Assembly (NCBI GenBank): GCA_963828735.1
Contig: CAWHFW010000005.1
Location: forward strand, 608,001 to 672,000
DNA length: 64,000 nucleotides
Direction of reading: 5' to 3'
Origin: an uncultured Gemmatimonadales bacterium
GTDB taxonomy: Bacteria; Gemmatimonadota; Gemmatimonadetes; Gemmatimonadales; GWC2-71-9
A model generated the notes under the pieces. The model did no database searches. It was not told the DNA's origin and worked only from the letters and a program-made list of their open reading frames with translations. Position numbers and translations under genes: made by a program. Below, piece by piece: positions 13,546 to 25,461 of this stretch (its first letter is position 1; the number at the start of each line of letters is the position of its first letter).

Positions 13546-15060
13546 ATGCGTCGTCTCGTCCTCGCCGGCCTCGTCCTCGTGACGAGGCCCGCCGCGGCCC
13601 AAACCTCGGCCCCTGCCGACAAGGCCGCCGCGTCCATCACGCCCGCCGATGTCGCCCGCCGCATCGGCATCATCGCGGACGACTCGATGCTGGGCCGCGA
13701 CACGCCGAGCCGGGGACTCGAGCTCACGGCCAAGTACGTCGCGGACCAGTTCCGCGCCTTCGGGCTGCGCCCCGCCGGCGACAGCGGGACGTTCCTGCAG
13801 CGTTATCCGATCACCCGGCGTCGGTTCGAGGCGGCGGACTCCCGCGTCACGCTCAAGGCCGGCGGGATCGCGGCGGAGGCGCGGTTCGATCGCAGCGCGC
13901 GCTTCCTCCAGGGAACGGTGCCGCCCAATCCGGTCACGGGCCCGGTAGTGCTGGTGGGCGGGAACCTCGACCCCGACGCCGTGAGCCGCATGGCCCTGCG
14001 CGGGAAGGTGGTGCTGTATCCGATCGATCCCGCCTCCGCGTCCGACCGCACCACTCAGGTGACGCGCGCGCTTCGGCTCGCCGGGCCGAGCGCGGTCGTC
14101 CTGCTCGCCGATCTTCCGGCTGAAAGCTACGGCGCCCGACTCCCGAATACGTCGGTCGCGCGGACCGCCGTCGACCTCGGGCTCGTGAGTCCGCCGATCG
14201 TCGAGGTGAACCAGCCGGCGGTGGCGTCCGCGCTGCGCGCGGCGAGCGTGGATCCGGCGGCGGTCCGCGCCGCCCCGGGCCCCGTCTATCGCGAGCTGAG
14301 CGGGCTCAAGGCCACCGTCGCGCTCAAGGATTCCGTCCTGCACACGCTCACCGCCCCGAACACGGTCGGCATCGTCGAGGGCAGCGACCCGGCGCTCCGC
14401 GAAGAGTACCTGGTTTTCTCGGCGCACATGGATCACATCGGCATCACCCCGGGGCTGGCCGACAGCGTGAACAACGGCGCCGACGACGATGGCTCGGGCA
14501 CGGCCGGCGTCATGGAGCTGGCCGAGGCCTTCAGCCGGCCCGGCGCACGCCCGAAGCGCTCGATCATCTTCCTGACGGTGAGCGGCGAGGAGAAGGGGCT
14601 TTGGGGCAGCCGCTATTTCAGCGAGCACACGCCGGTGCCGTTGGACCACATCGTGGCCGACCTCAACATCGACATGATCGGCCGCAACTGGCGCGACACG
14701 ATCGTAGCGATCGGAAAGGAGCACTCCGACCTCGGCACGACGCTCTCGCGGGTCAACCGGGCCCATCCCGAGCTCCACATGACCGCGATCGACGACCGGT
14801 GGCCGGAGGAACACTTCTACTTCCGCTCCGATCACTACAACTTCGCCCGCAAGGGCGTGCCAATTCTCTTTTTCTTCAACGGCGTGCATCCGGATTATCA
14901 CCAGGTCACGGATTCACCCGACAAGATCGACTCCGAGAAGGAGTCGCGGATTCTCCGCCTCCTGTACTATCTGGGCCGCGAGGTCGGGAACGATCCCCAG
15001 CGACCCAAGTGGAATCCCGAGAGCTATCGGGAGATCGTGGACGCAGCGGCCGGTCATTGA
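13546..15060 (+). CDS. M28 family aminopeptidase, secreted
   Basis: SAHMDHIG, NGADDDGSG, SGEEKGLWGS, NIDMIG, RSDHYNF, DYHQVTD; TATAAT at 13494. Confidence 0.92.
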   Translation: MRRLVLAGLVLVTRPAAAQTSAPADKAAASITPADVARRIGIIADDSMLGRDTPSRGLELTAKYVADQFRAFGLRPAGDSGTFLQRYPITRRRFEAADSRVTLKAGGIAAEARFDRSARFLQGTVPPNPVTGPVVLVGGNLDPDAVSRMALRGKVVLYPIDPASASDRTTQVTRALRLAGPSAVVLLADLPAESYGARLPNTSVARTAVDLGLVSPPIVEVNQPAVASALRAASVDPAAVRAAPGPVYRELSGLKATVALKDSVLHTLTAPNTVGIVEGSDPALREEYLVFSAHMDHIGITPGLADSVNNGADDDGSGTAGVMELAEAFSRPGARPKRSIIFLTVSGEEKGLWGSRYFSEHTPVPLDHIVADLNIDMIGRNWRDTIVAIGKEHSDLGTTLSRVNRAHPELHMTAIDDRWPEEHFYFRSDHYNFARKGVPILFFFNGVHPDYHQVTDSPDKIDSEKESRILRLLYYLGREVGNDPQRPKWNPESYREIVDAAAGH

Positions 15061-15088
15061 GCGTTGGCGCCGTGGTATATTGGGCGCC

Positions 15089-15433
15089 ATGGCGGACACC
15101 ATCGCGGATTTCAATGCCTTCCGCACCCGGATGAACGACCTCATCCTGGGCGCGGGCAACCTCACGATCAGCCGATTCTTCGCGCTCGACAACCGGACCT
15201 ACGAGCCGGGCGCGCTGGGTACCAAGACGAAGGAGATGCTGGGGCTCGTGTCGTCGCTCGTGCTCCGCTGCGACGACTGCGTGACCTACCACGTGCTGCG
15301 CTGCCATGAGGAAGGAGTCACGCGCGAGGAGTTCCTGGAGATCTTTTCGGTCGGATTGGTGGTGGGCGGGAGCATCGTGATTCCGCATTTGCGGCGAGCC
15401 TTGGCGCGGCTCGAGGAGTTGGAAGCGAAGTAG
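15089..15433 (+). CDS. Carboxymuconolactone decarboxylase/AhpD family protein
   Basis: GALGTKTKEMLGL...LRCDDCVTYH. Confidence 0.85.
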   Translation: MADTIADFNAFRTRMNDLILGAGNLTISRFFALDNRTYEPGALGTKTKEMLGLVSSLVLRCDDCVTYHVLRCHEEGVTREEFLEIFSVGLVVGGSIVIPHLRRALARLEELEAK

Positions 15434-15441
15434 ATCTCGGA

Positions 15442-16371
15442 CTACCAGCGCGTCAGCAACACCCCCGCAATGATGAGCACCGCCCCCACCGCCTGCGACG
15501 GGCGCCCGTGCTCGCCCAGCATGATCCACGCGGCGCCGCCGGCTACCAGGGGCGTCACGCACATGTAGATGGCCGTTCTGGTGCCGCCGACGGTCTTCAC
15601 GCTCCGGTTCCACAGGATGTACGCGAGGACGAGCGAGAGAAGCGTCGCGTAGGCCAAGGCAGTCCACGCCATCGCAGGGATCGAGCCCCACTCCAGCCGA
15701 ATCAGGTCGGGCAGGCCGACGAGGACCAGTCCGGGCATGCCCGCAATGGTCGTGATCATCGTGATCCGAAGCGGGCTGACGCCCGCCGGCACGTCACGGA
15801 GGCCGACCGTATAGCCGGCCCAGCATAGCACGGCGACGACGGAGAGGAGATCGCCGTGGAGCGTGCTGGCTGAGAACTCGATGCCGCCGGCCGCGATCAC
15901 GAGCACGACGCCAAGCGTACCGAGGCCGATGCCCCACCACATCCGCGTCGTGACGCGCTCGAGGCCCAGCACGCCGGCGAACACCGCCACGACGGTCGGC
16001 ACCGTCGCGATGATCAGCGAGCTGTTGGTTGCCGTCGTGTGGGCCAGCCCGAGAATGAAGGCGAGCTGATAGAAGGTGTTCCCGATGACACCCAGGATGA
16101 TGAGGCGCCTCAAGGCGGGCGCCGGCAGCCGCATCGGCCCCTCCGACATGCGGAGCACGAGCCAGAGCAGCACGCTCGCGATGGTGAACCGGATCGCGGT
16201 GAACGCCAGGGCCGGAATCTGCGCGATGGCGAGCTTCATCACGCTGAAGTTGACGCCCCAGATGAGGCAGACGAGGAGCATGCCGGCGTCGGCGGCCGAG
16301 GGGCGGCCGGCGGGACGATCAGCCGGCTGGGCGACCGGGCGATCGGCTCGTTCGGTGTGTGGGCGGGTCAC
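15442..16371 (-). CDS. DMT/EamA family transporter
   Basis: IWGVNF, ~10 TM helices, duplicated EamA pattern. Confidence 0.88.
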   Translation of the reverse strand: MTRPHTERADRPVAQPADRPAGRPSAADAGMLLVCLIWGVNFSVMKLAIAQIPALAFTAIRFTIASVLLWLVLRMSEGPMRLPAPALRRLIILGVIGNTFYQLAFILGLAHTTATNSSLIIATVPTVVAVFAGVLGLERVTTRMWWGIGLGTLGVVLVIAAGGIEFSASTLHGDLLSVVAVLCWAGYTVGLRDVPAGVSPLRITMITTIAGMPGLVLVGLPDLIRLEWGSIPAMAWTALAYATLLSLVLAYILWNRSVKTVGGTRTAIYMCVTPLVAGGAAWIMLGEHGRPSQAVGAVLIIAGVLLTRW

Positions 16372-16472
16372 GGCATAAAGAGTAACATCCGACCCCGGAA
16401 TTTCTGACGCCTCGCCATCCCATGGACCGATCGTTCGGCCGCCCGACCGTCCGACCGCGCTATATTCTGGCC

Positions 16473-18271
<1,799 letters not shown>

Positions 18272-18272
<1 letters not shown>

Positions 18273-19306
18273 TGGACGGATCGTCCGGCCGTCCGACCGT
18301 CCTCGTCATCCAGACCGCCTTCCTCGGCGACGTGGTGCTCACCACGCCGCTGCTGACCGCGCTCGCCGCGAGGCACGGGCCGGTGGACGTCGTGACGACG
18401 CCCGCCGCCGCCGCGCTGCTCGAGACGCATCCTGGCGTGGCGACCGTGATCCGGTACGACAAGCGCGGCGCCGACCGGGGACTGCGCGGTGTCGTACGGC
18501 TGGGGCGGCGGCTCCGGGCCCGACGCTACCTTCGGGCGTACCTGCCGCATCGGTCGTGGCGGTCGGCGACGCTCGCGATGCTCTCGGGCGCCGGCGAGCG
18601 GGTAGGCTTCGCGGACAGCCCCGCGGCTGCCGCCTACACCCGCCGCGTCCCGCGACCGTCCGGCGGACACGAGGTCGAGCGCCTGCTGGCCTTGGCCGGC
18701 GGGGACGGCGGGGCGCCCCCGGTGCGAATCGGCCTCACCGCAGACGATCGCGCCCTGGCCGACGCCTGGCTTCGGGAGCGCGGGGTATCGCCGGGCTTCG
18801 TCGCCGTGGCGCCCGGATCGATCTGGGGCACCAAGCGATGGCCGGGCTACGCCGAGCTCGCGGCGTCGCTGGAGTCCCCGATCGTGGTCGTGGGAAGCCG
18901 GGAGGACGCTGCACTGGCCGAGGCCGTCGCGGCCGCCGCACCGGGCCGAGCGCACAGCGCGGCGGGCGCGCTGGGCCTGCGCGCTTCCGCGGCGCTCATC
19001 GAGCGGGCGGCCGTGCTCGTCACCAACGACTCGGCTCCGCTGCACCTCGCGACCGCGGTGGGCACCCCGATCGTGGCCGTGTTCGGGCCGACCGTGCCCG
19101 CCTTCGGATTCGGTCCGCGCGGGCCGCGGGACCGCGTGGTGGAGAACTCATCGCTCGCGTGCCGGCCGTGTTCGGCGCACGGGCCGCAGACGTGCCCACT
19201 GGGTCATCACCGCTGCATGCAAGAGCTGTCGGTCGAGTCCGTCGCGTCGGCGGTGGCCGCCGTCGCAGGCGTGGAGGCGCATCGTGCGATTCGTACTCGG
19301 GATTGA
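18272..19306 (+). CDS. waaF: Glycosyltransferase family 9 (LPS heptosyltransferase II-like)
   Basis: IQTAFLGDVVLTTP, APGS.WGTKRWP, VTNDSAPLHLA.AVGTP.VAVFGPT; GTG overlaps lepA stop. Confidence 0.75.
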
Positions 19307-20258
19307 CATCGGCGGGACCAACCTGGTCGTCGGCAGCGTGGCCGAAGACGGGTCGCGCCTGCTCGCCGCCGCGAGCGAGCCGACGCACGCGGAGGCCGGC
19401 GCCAAGGACGTGCTCGAGCGGCTGGTCGGCCTGGCCGAGCGGGCCATCGTCGCGACGAAGCGCGAGGCGCCCGATGCGGAGATCCTGGGCGTGGGCGTCG
19501 GCGCCCCGGGACCGCTCGACACCAAGCGCGGCATCGTGCTGCTGACGCCCAACCTGGGCTGGGTGAATCTGCCGCTGCGCCAGATCATCCACGACCGGCT
19601 CAACATCCGCGCGGCGCTCGACAACGATGCCAACTGCGCCGTACTCGGCGAATGGTGGGTCGGGGCCGCGCGCGGCGCGCGGCAGGCCATCGGCATCACC
19701 ATCGGCACGGGCATCGGCGGCGGGCTCATCCTCGACGGCAAGCTGTACCACGGGGCGTCGGACGTCGCCGGCGAGATCGGGCACACGACGATCGATGTCG
19801 AGGGCCGTCGCTGCAAGTGCGGCAACTACGGCTGCCTCGAGGCGTACGCCTCGGGTCCCAACATCGCGCTGCGCGCGGTCGAGGAGATCGAGGCCGGCGC
19901 CGTGAGCCGGCTGCCCTCGCTCGTCAACGGAGACCTGTCGCTGGTCACGGCCCAGACCGTCTATCAGGCGGCCCATGACGGCGACGACCTCGCCCTCGAA
20001 GTCGTGAACGACACCGCCCGATTTCTCGGCGTCGGCATCGGCAACCTGCTCAACGTCTTCAATCCCGAAGTCGTGGTGGTGTGCGGCGGAGTGACCATGG
20101 CCGGCGACCACCTGTTCATCCCGCTGCGCCGCGAGGTCGCCCGGCGTGCGTTCAAGCCGGCCGTGGCCGCGTGCCGCATCGTGCCGGGTGAGCTCGCCGG
20201 CACGGCGGGCGTGTACGGGGCGGCCAAGGCGTTCCTGGACCAGACCCTCGGTGCCTAG
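19284..20258 (+). CDS. ROK family sugar kinase (glucokinase-like)
   Basis: GIDIGGT, DNDAN, GTGIGGG, GEIGH, CKCGNYGCLE zinc motif. Confidence 0.92.
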   Translation: MRFVLGIDIGGTNLVVGSVAEDGSRLLAAASEPTHAEAGAKDVLERLVGLAERAIVATKREAPDAEILGVGVGAPGPLDTKRGIVLLTPNLGWVNLPLRQIIHDRLNIRAALDNDANCAVLGEWWVGAARGARQAIGITIGTGIGGGLILDGKLYHGASDVAGEIGHTTIDVEGRRCKCGNYGCLEAYASGPNIALRAVEEIEAGAVSRLPSLVNGDLSLVTAQTVYQAAHDGDDLALEVVNDTARFLGVGIGNLLNVFNPEVVVVCGGVTMAGDHLFIPLRREVARRAFKPAVAACRIVPGELAGTAGVYGAAKAFLDQTLGA

Positions 20259-21256
20259 AGGTCGGCGTCGTCGGCTCGCTCGTCTGGGACCTCATCCACG
20301 GCCGGGATCCGCTGGCGCCCCCGACCGAGGAATGGGGCGGGATCGCGTACGCGCTCGGCGGCCTCGACGCGAGCCTGCCGCCCGAGTGGGAGATCGTCCC
20401 GCTCATCAAGGTCGGTCGCGACCTCGCGCCGCAGGCGGCGGAGCTGCTGTCGGACCTGAAGCGGTTGGCGCCGGGCGCCCGCTGCGTCGAGGTCCCCGCG
20501 CCGAACAACCGGGTCGTGCTCCACTACGAGTCGGCCGAGCGGCGCTGCGAGCGGATGAGCGGCGGCGTGCCCGGCTGGACCTGGCTGGAGCTCGGGCCGA
20601 TGGTGATGGACCTCGACGCGATCTACCTCAATTTCATTTCCGGGTTCGAGCTCGCGCTGGGGACGGCCCAGGCGCTTCGGCAGGGATTTCACGGGCCGAT
20701 CTACGCCGACCTGCACAGCCTGTTCCTCGGCATGCATCACGACGGCATCCGCGTGCTCCAGCCGCTGGCCGAGCCTACCGCCTGGTTCGGCTGTTTCGAC
20801 GTGGTCCAGCTCAACGAGGACGAGATGCACCAGCTCTCGCCTGACCCGCTGTCGCTCTCGGTCGGTGCCCTCGGCGCCGGCACGTCCCTGCTGGTAGTAA
20901 CCCTCGGGCCGAAAGGCGCGGCGTACGTCGCCGCCCCGGGGTTCGACGGGTGGCGATCGAACGATCGGGTGGCCGTGCCCTCCCGCGAGCGGCTCATCCA
21001 ATCGACCGACCGTCTGACCGTCGGACGGTCCGCCCACCCCGTCCGCACCGCCCTCGTGCCCGCCCCGCGGATCGAGGCCCTCGATCCCACCGGCTGCGGC
21101 GACGTGTTCGGAGCGGCCGCCTGCGCTCGGCTCCTGGCCGGCGACAGCGTGGAGGCCGCGCTCGCCCACGCGACCGCGCTCGCCGCTCGCAATGCGGGGC
21201 TGCGCGGCGCCGGCGGGCTCGGCCGGCACCTTCGCGGCGAGCTCCTGGTTCCATGA
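20251..21256 (+). CDS. PfkB family carbohydrate kinase; apparent 1-nt frameshift just after the start codon
   Basis: VGVVGSLVWD...WGGIAY N-terminal motif from 20261, QLNEDE, VTLGPKGA, DPTGCGDVFG; GTG at 20251 is one base out of frame. Confidence 0.75.
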
Positions 21257-22155
21257 CGCGCGTCGTCGAGGTCCCGGCCACGTTCGACGACCGCTCGTTC
21301 GAGCAGTTCGCCGCGGCCTTCGGCCAGTGGCCGCCGGACGAGAAGATCCTGTTCGATGCGCGGGGCGCCCAGTGGGCCTCGCCGTATGGTCTGCTCACCA
21401 TGCTGACGGCGGGCCAGGCGCTGGCGGAGGCGCGACGGGAGCGTCCGCTCTTCACCGTGCCCACGAGCGACGACGTGAAGCGGTATTGGGCGCGCGCCGG
21501 CTTCTTCAAGTACGCGGCCGAGCTGTTCGAGCTGCACGGGAAATTGCCGAAGGTGAGCGCCTCGGGGCCGTCGGACGTGCTGCTGGACGTGACGCCCGTT
21601 CGGGCCACCGAGGACGTGCACGAGGTCGTCGAGAAGATCTCCCAGGGCGCATCGCGCATTTTGCACGGCGAGCTCGGGCTCGAGATGAAGGCCACGCTCC
21701 GATTCAGTATGGCGCTTTCGGAGGCATGCCAGAATATTGTTGAGCACGCCGGCACCAGCGGCTGGGTCGCGGTGCAGGCGTACACCTTCCGGCGGCGGCT
21801 GGGCCGGCGGGTGGTCGTGATCGCGGTGAGCGATGCGGGGATCGGCTTCCGACGCTCGCTCGAGAGCACCCACGCCAAGCGGTTCGGTGACCGCTGGGGC
21901 GACGGCGCGGCGCTCGAAGCGGCGCTGATCCAGGGGGTGAGCCGCTTCCGCGATCCCGGCCGAGGGCAGGGCCTCGCCTTCATCAAGCGCTTTCTGGATC
22001 AGTGGAAGGGCAAGATCTCGATCCGGAGCGGCACGGCGCGCCTCGCGATCGTGCCGCCGTGGGACGAGGACGTCCCATTATCCGAACATCTCCCGTTCTT
22101 CCCCGGAGCCCAGGTGCAGATCATCATCCCCGCGCAGGACGACGAGGCCCGATGA
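21253..22155 (+). CDS. STAS-like + HATPase (SpoIIAB/RsbW-like Ser kinase fold) protein
   Basis: ILFDARGAQWASPYGL STAS-like; SEACQNIVEH N-box, VSDAGIG G1, GRGQGL G2. Confidence 0.75.
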   Translation: MTRVVEVPATFDDRSFEQFAAAFGQWPPDEKILFDARGAQWASPYGLLTMLTAGQALAEARRERPLFTVPTSDDVKRYWARAGFFKYAAELFELHGKLPKVSASGPSDVLLDVTPVRATEDVHEVVEKISQGASRILHGELGLEMKATLRFSMALSEACQNIVEHAGTSGWVAVQAYTFRRRLGRRVVVIAVSDAGIGFRRSLESTHAKRFGDRWGDGAALEAALIQGVSRFRDPGRGQGLAFIKRFLDQWKGKISIRSGTARLAIVPPWDEDVPLSEHLPFFPGAQVQIIIPAQDDEAR

Positions 22156-22697
22156 TCCAGACCATCCACATCGGTCACCTGCTGCGCGAGACGGTCGCGT
22201 CGCCCTACCGAAACCTCGTCACCCGCCCCACCGGGGCCGCCATCCGGAACCGGATCCAGGCCGTCATCGCGGACTCCGACTGCCTCACGGCTCTGCTCGA
22301 CTTCTCCGGCATCGAGCTCCTCGATTTCAGCTGCGCCGACGAGGTTGTGGCCAAGCTGCTGCTCGACGACGAGGAGCGCGGCAGCCGGTTCGTGGTTCTG
22401 AGCGGGCTGCGGGAGGACCAGCACGAGGCGATCGAGCACGTGCTCACCCATCATCGGCTCGCCGTGACCGCGGTGCCCGGCGGGGAGCATCCCGAGCCTC
22501 GCCTGCTGGGGTGGGTGACCGCCGACGCTCGCGCGGCCTTCGGTTTCGTGTGCGAGCGGGGCGCGCTGAATGCGGTCGAGCTCGCCTCCGCGCTCGGATG
22601 GCCTGCGGCCCGCGCGGAGGAGGCGCTCGAGGCGCTCGCGTTCCATCGCCTGGTGCTGACCGACGGGGACCGGTACCACCCGCTCCCGACCGGATGA
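22152..22697 (+). CDS. STAS-like (DUF4325-like) protein with C-terminal winged-HTH
   Basis: TRPTGAAIR...LLDFSGIELLDFSCADEVVAKL; C-terminal LNAVELASALGW...AEEALEAL...LVLTDGDRY. Confidence 0.65.
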   Translation: MIQTIHIGHLLRETVASPYRNLVTRPTGAAIRNRIQAVIADSDCLTALLDFSGIELLDFSCADEVVAKLLLDDEERGSRFVVLSGLREDQHEAIEHVLTHHRLAVTAVPGGEHPEPRLLGWVTADARAAFGFVCERGALNAVELASALGWPAARAEEALEALAFHRLVLTDGDRYHPLPTG

Positions 22698-23851
22698 GTC
22701 CGCGCCGCGCCGGACCCTCCACCACCGCCATCCACGGCGTTCCCCACCGGCGGCCGGACTGGTCCCCGATCGCGCCGGCCCTGCAGCAGAGCAGCACCTT
22801 CGTGTCCCCCGTCGGCAGCGACGAGGACATCCTCTACAGCCGCTACGGCAACAACCCCAACCAGGTCCAGCTGGCGAAGAAATACGCGCTGCTCGAGGGG
22901 GCCGAAGACGCGATCTTCCTGGCGAGCGGCATGGGGGCCACGGCGCTGGCGCACCTCGCGGTGCTCCGGCCCGGCGATCATCTCGTGAGCAGCAGCTGGA
23001 TCTACGGCGGCACCCAGCACCTCTTCGACGAGGAGCTCGGGCGACTCGGCATCGACATCACCTACGTCCGCCCGGACCAGCCGCGACTGTGGCGGAAATC
23101 GGTCCGGAAAGCCACCCGGGCCATCTTCATCGAGACGCCCACCAACCCGCTCATGCGGGTGGTCGACCTGGGGCCGGTGGCGCACGTGGCCCGGGAGTTC
23201 GGCCTGGCGCTGCTGGTGGATGCCACCTTCGCGAGTCCGATCAACTTCCGGCCGCTGGAGCACGGCGCCGACATCGCCATCACGAGCGCGACCAAGTACC
23301 TCAACGGTCACAGCGACGTGATCGCCGGCGCGGTGGCCGGCTCGACCGCGTTCGTGGAAGAGGTCAACCGGCTCATGCGCCTCTGGGGCCAGGCCATTGA
23401 TCCGCACGCGGCATGGCTGGTCGACCGCGGGATGCGGACGCTGGCGCTTCGCATGGCACGGCACAACACGAACGGCGCCGCGGTCGCGGAGTGGGCCGAG
23501 GCGCACCCGGGTATCGCGCGAGTGCACTACCCCGGCCTCGCCTCGCATCCCGATCACGCCCTCGCCGCGGCGGTGCTCGACGGGTTCGGTGGCATGGTCG
23601 GCCTCGAGCTGGCCGGCGGCCCCAAGGCGGCCGAGCGGATGCTCAAGCGGCTCAAGCTGGTCGCCCACGCGCCCAGCCTCGCCGGGGTCGAAACGCTGGT
23701 GAGCGAGCCCCGGTACACCTCCCACAAGGGTATCTCGGCCGAGGATCGCGCCGCGCTCGGCATTCCCGATGGATTCCTCCGGCTGAGCTGCGGCATCGAG
23801 GACGTCGACGACATCATCGCGGATCTGGGGCAGGCGCTGGAGAAGTCGTAA
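22694..23851 (+). CDS. PLP-dependent trans-sulfuration enzyme (cystathionine gamma-lyase/synthase or methionine gamma-lyase family)
   Basis: YSRYGNNP, ASGMGA, ETPTNP, VDATFASP, SATKYLNGHSD, RLSCGIED. Confidence 0.92.
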   Translation: MSPRRAGPSTTAIHGVPHRRPDWSPIAPALQQSSTFVSPVGSDEDILYSRYGNNPNQVQLAKKYALLEGAEDAIFLASGMGATALAHLAVLRPGDHLVSSSWIYGGTQHLFDEELGRLGIDITYVRPDQPRLWRKSVRKATRAIFIETPTNPLMRVVDLGPVAHVAREFGLALLVDATFASPINFRPLEHGADIAITSATKYLNGHSDVIAGAVAGSTAFVEEVNRLMRLWGQAIDPHAAWLVDRGMRTLALRMARHNTNGAAVAEWAEAHPGIARVHYPGLASHPDHALAAAVLDGFGGMVGLELAGGPKAAERMLKRLKLVAHAPSLAGVETLVSEPRYTSHKGISAEDRAALGIPDGFLRLSCGIEDVDDIIADLGQALEKS

Positions 23852-23902
23852 TTCGCGCGGTCGTCGCTTCTCCCCGCAAACCCGCCCTTTTACTTTCCGA
23901 CC

Positions 23903-24595
23903 GTGATCTCCCTCTCCCACGTCTACAAGAACTATCCGAACGGTGCGCTGGCCCTGAAGGACGTCTCCTTCCGGATCGGCCGCGGCGAGTTCGTCTTCCT
24001 CACCGGGCACTCGGGCGCCGGCAAGTCCACCATCATGAAGCTGCTCTTCGCCGAGCAGCGGCCGACGAGCGGCGAGGTGCGCGTCTCCGGCTACGATGTG
24101 AGCGCGCTCCGCACCGACGAGGTGCCCAAGCTGCGCCGGCGGCTAGGGGTCGTGTTTCAGGATTTCCGGCTGCTCGAGGATCGCACCGCGGCGGAGAACA
24201 TCGCGTTCGCGCTCGAGGTGACGGGCGCGCGGGGTGACACCATCGAGGCCCGGGTCATGCGCGTCCTGACGCAGGTGGGGCTCACGGCCAAGAGCCGCGC
24301 GTACCCGCGAGAGCTCTCGGGCGGGGAGCAGCAGCGCGTCGCGATCGCGCGCGCCCTGGTCAACGATCCGGCGATTCTCGTCGCGGACGAGCCCACCGGC
24401 AACCTCGACGAGCGGGCCACGCGGGGAGTCTTCCAGCTCCTGCGCGACATCAACGCCGGCGGGACCGTGGTCGTCATGGCCACCCACGATCTCGACCTGG
24501 TCCGCCAGGCGAGCTATCGCACGATCGAGATGCGCGACGGTGGCGTCGTCTTCGACAGCGCGGTGGACGAGGACGACCGGGAGACCGCCACGTGA
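23903..24595 (+). CDS. ftsE: Cell division ATP-binding protein
   Basis: GHSGAGKST, LRRRLGVVFQDFRLL, LSGGEQQRVAIARA, ADEPTGNLD; precedes ftsX. Confidence 0.93.
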   Translation: MISLSHVYKNYPNGALALKDVSFRIGRGEFVFLTGHSGAGKSTIMKLLFAEQRPTSGEVRVSGYDVSALRTDEVPKLRRRLGVVFQDFRLLEDRTAAENIAFALEVTGARGDTIEARVMRVLTQVGLTAKSRAYPRELSGGEQQRVAIARALVNDPAILVADEPTGNLDERATRGVFQLLRDINAGGTVVVMATHDLDLVRQASYRTIEMRDGGVVFDSAVDEDDRETAT

Positions 24596-25461
24596 GTCTG
24601 CTCACGCGTGAGGCCGTGCTGTCGTTCCGGCGCGCGCCGCTCCTCTCCACCCTGTCGATCACGACGATCGCCTTCTCCCTGTTCACCCTCGGACTCTTCG
24701 GGCTGGTGGCCATCAACCTGCGGCAGGCGCTGCAGGGCCTCGAGGAACGAGTGGAGATCGTCGCGTTCACGCTGCGCGGGACCCCCGCCGAGACGATCAC
24801 GCTGGCCACCCAGGACATCGCGGCGTTTCCCGAGGTGCAGGAAGTCACCTACGTGACCGAGGAGCAGGCGCTGGCCCGCGCCCGGCGCGAGCTGGTGGAG
24901 TTCCGCGACGCCTACCGCGACCTGCAGGTGAACCCGCTGCCCGCCTCGATCGAGGTGCGGCTCAAACCGGGCAACCGGGATGCCGCCACCGTCGAACGGG
25001 TGGCGCAGCGCCTCCGTGGCTTCGGATTCGTCAACGATGTCCGCTTCGGCCGGGAATGGGTGCAGAAGCTCGATCACCTGCGGAACATCACCGGCATCGT
25101 GGGCCTCGTGATCGGGCTCGCGTTCGCCGCGGTCGCGGTGGTGATCATCGGGGTCACGATCCGGCTGACACTGCTGCAGCGCGCACGGGAGATCTCGATC
25201 ATGCGCCTGGTGGGCGCGACCAACTGGTTCATCCGCGGCCCGTTCCTCCTCGAGGGCGCGCTCAAGGGCCTGCTCGGCGGGCTGCTCTCGCTGGTCCTGT
25301 GCTACGCCGGCTACCTCCTCTTCCGAGACCGGAGCGGCGGCACGTTCGCCGGGCTCATCTTCTTCCAGCCCTACCAGATGGTGGCCATCGTGGTGTTCGG
25401 GGTGCTGCTCGGGCTGAGCGGAAGCCTGGTGAGCGTGGGGAGGCACCTCAGGCATGTGTAG
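24592..25461 (+). CDS. ftsX: Cell division permease
   Basis: 4-TM layout, NPLPASIEV, REISIMRLVGATNWFIRGPFLLEG. Confidence 0.93.
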   Translation: MSLLTREAVLSFRRAPLLSTLSITTIAFSLFTLGLFGLVAINLRQALQGLEERVEIVAFTLRGTPAETITLATQDIAAFPEVQEVTYVTEEQALARARRELVEFRDAYRDLQVNPLPASIEVRLKPGNRDAATVERVAQRLRGFGFVNDVRFGREWVQKLDHLRNITGIVGLVIGLAFAAVAVVIIGVTIRLTLLQRAREISIMRLVGATNWFIRGPFLLEGALKGLLGGLLSLVLCYAGYLLFRDRSGGTFAGLIFFQPYQMVAIVVFGVLLGLSGSLVSVGRHLRHV

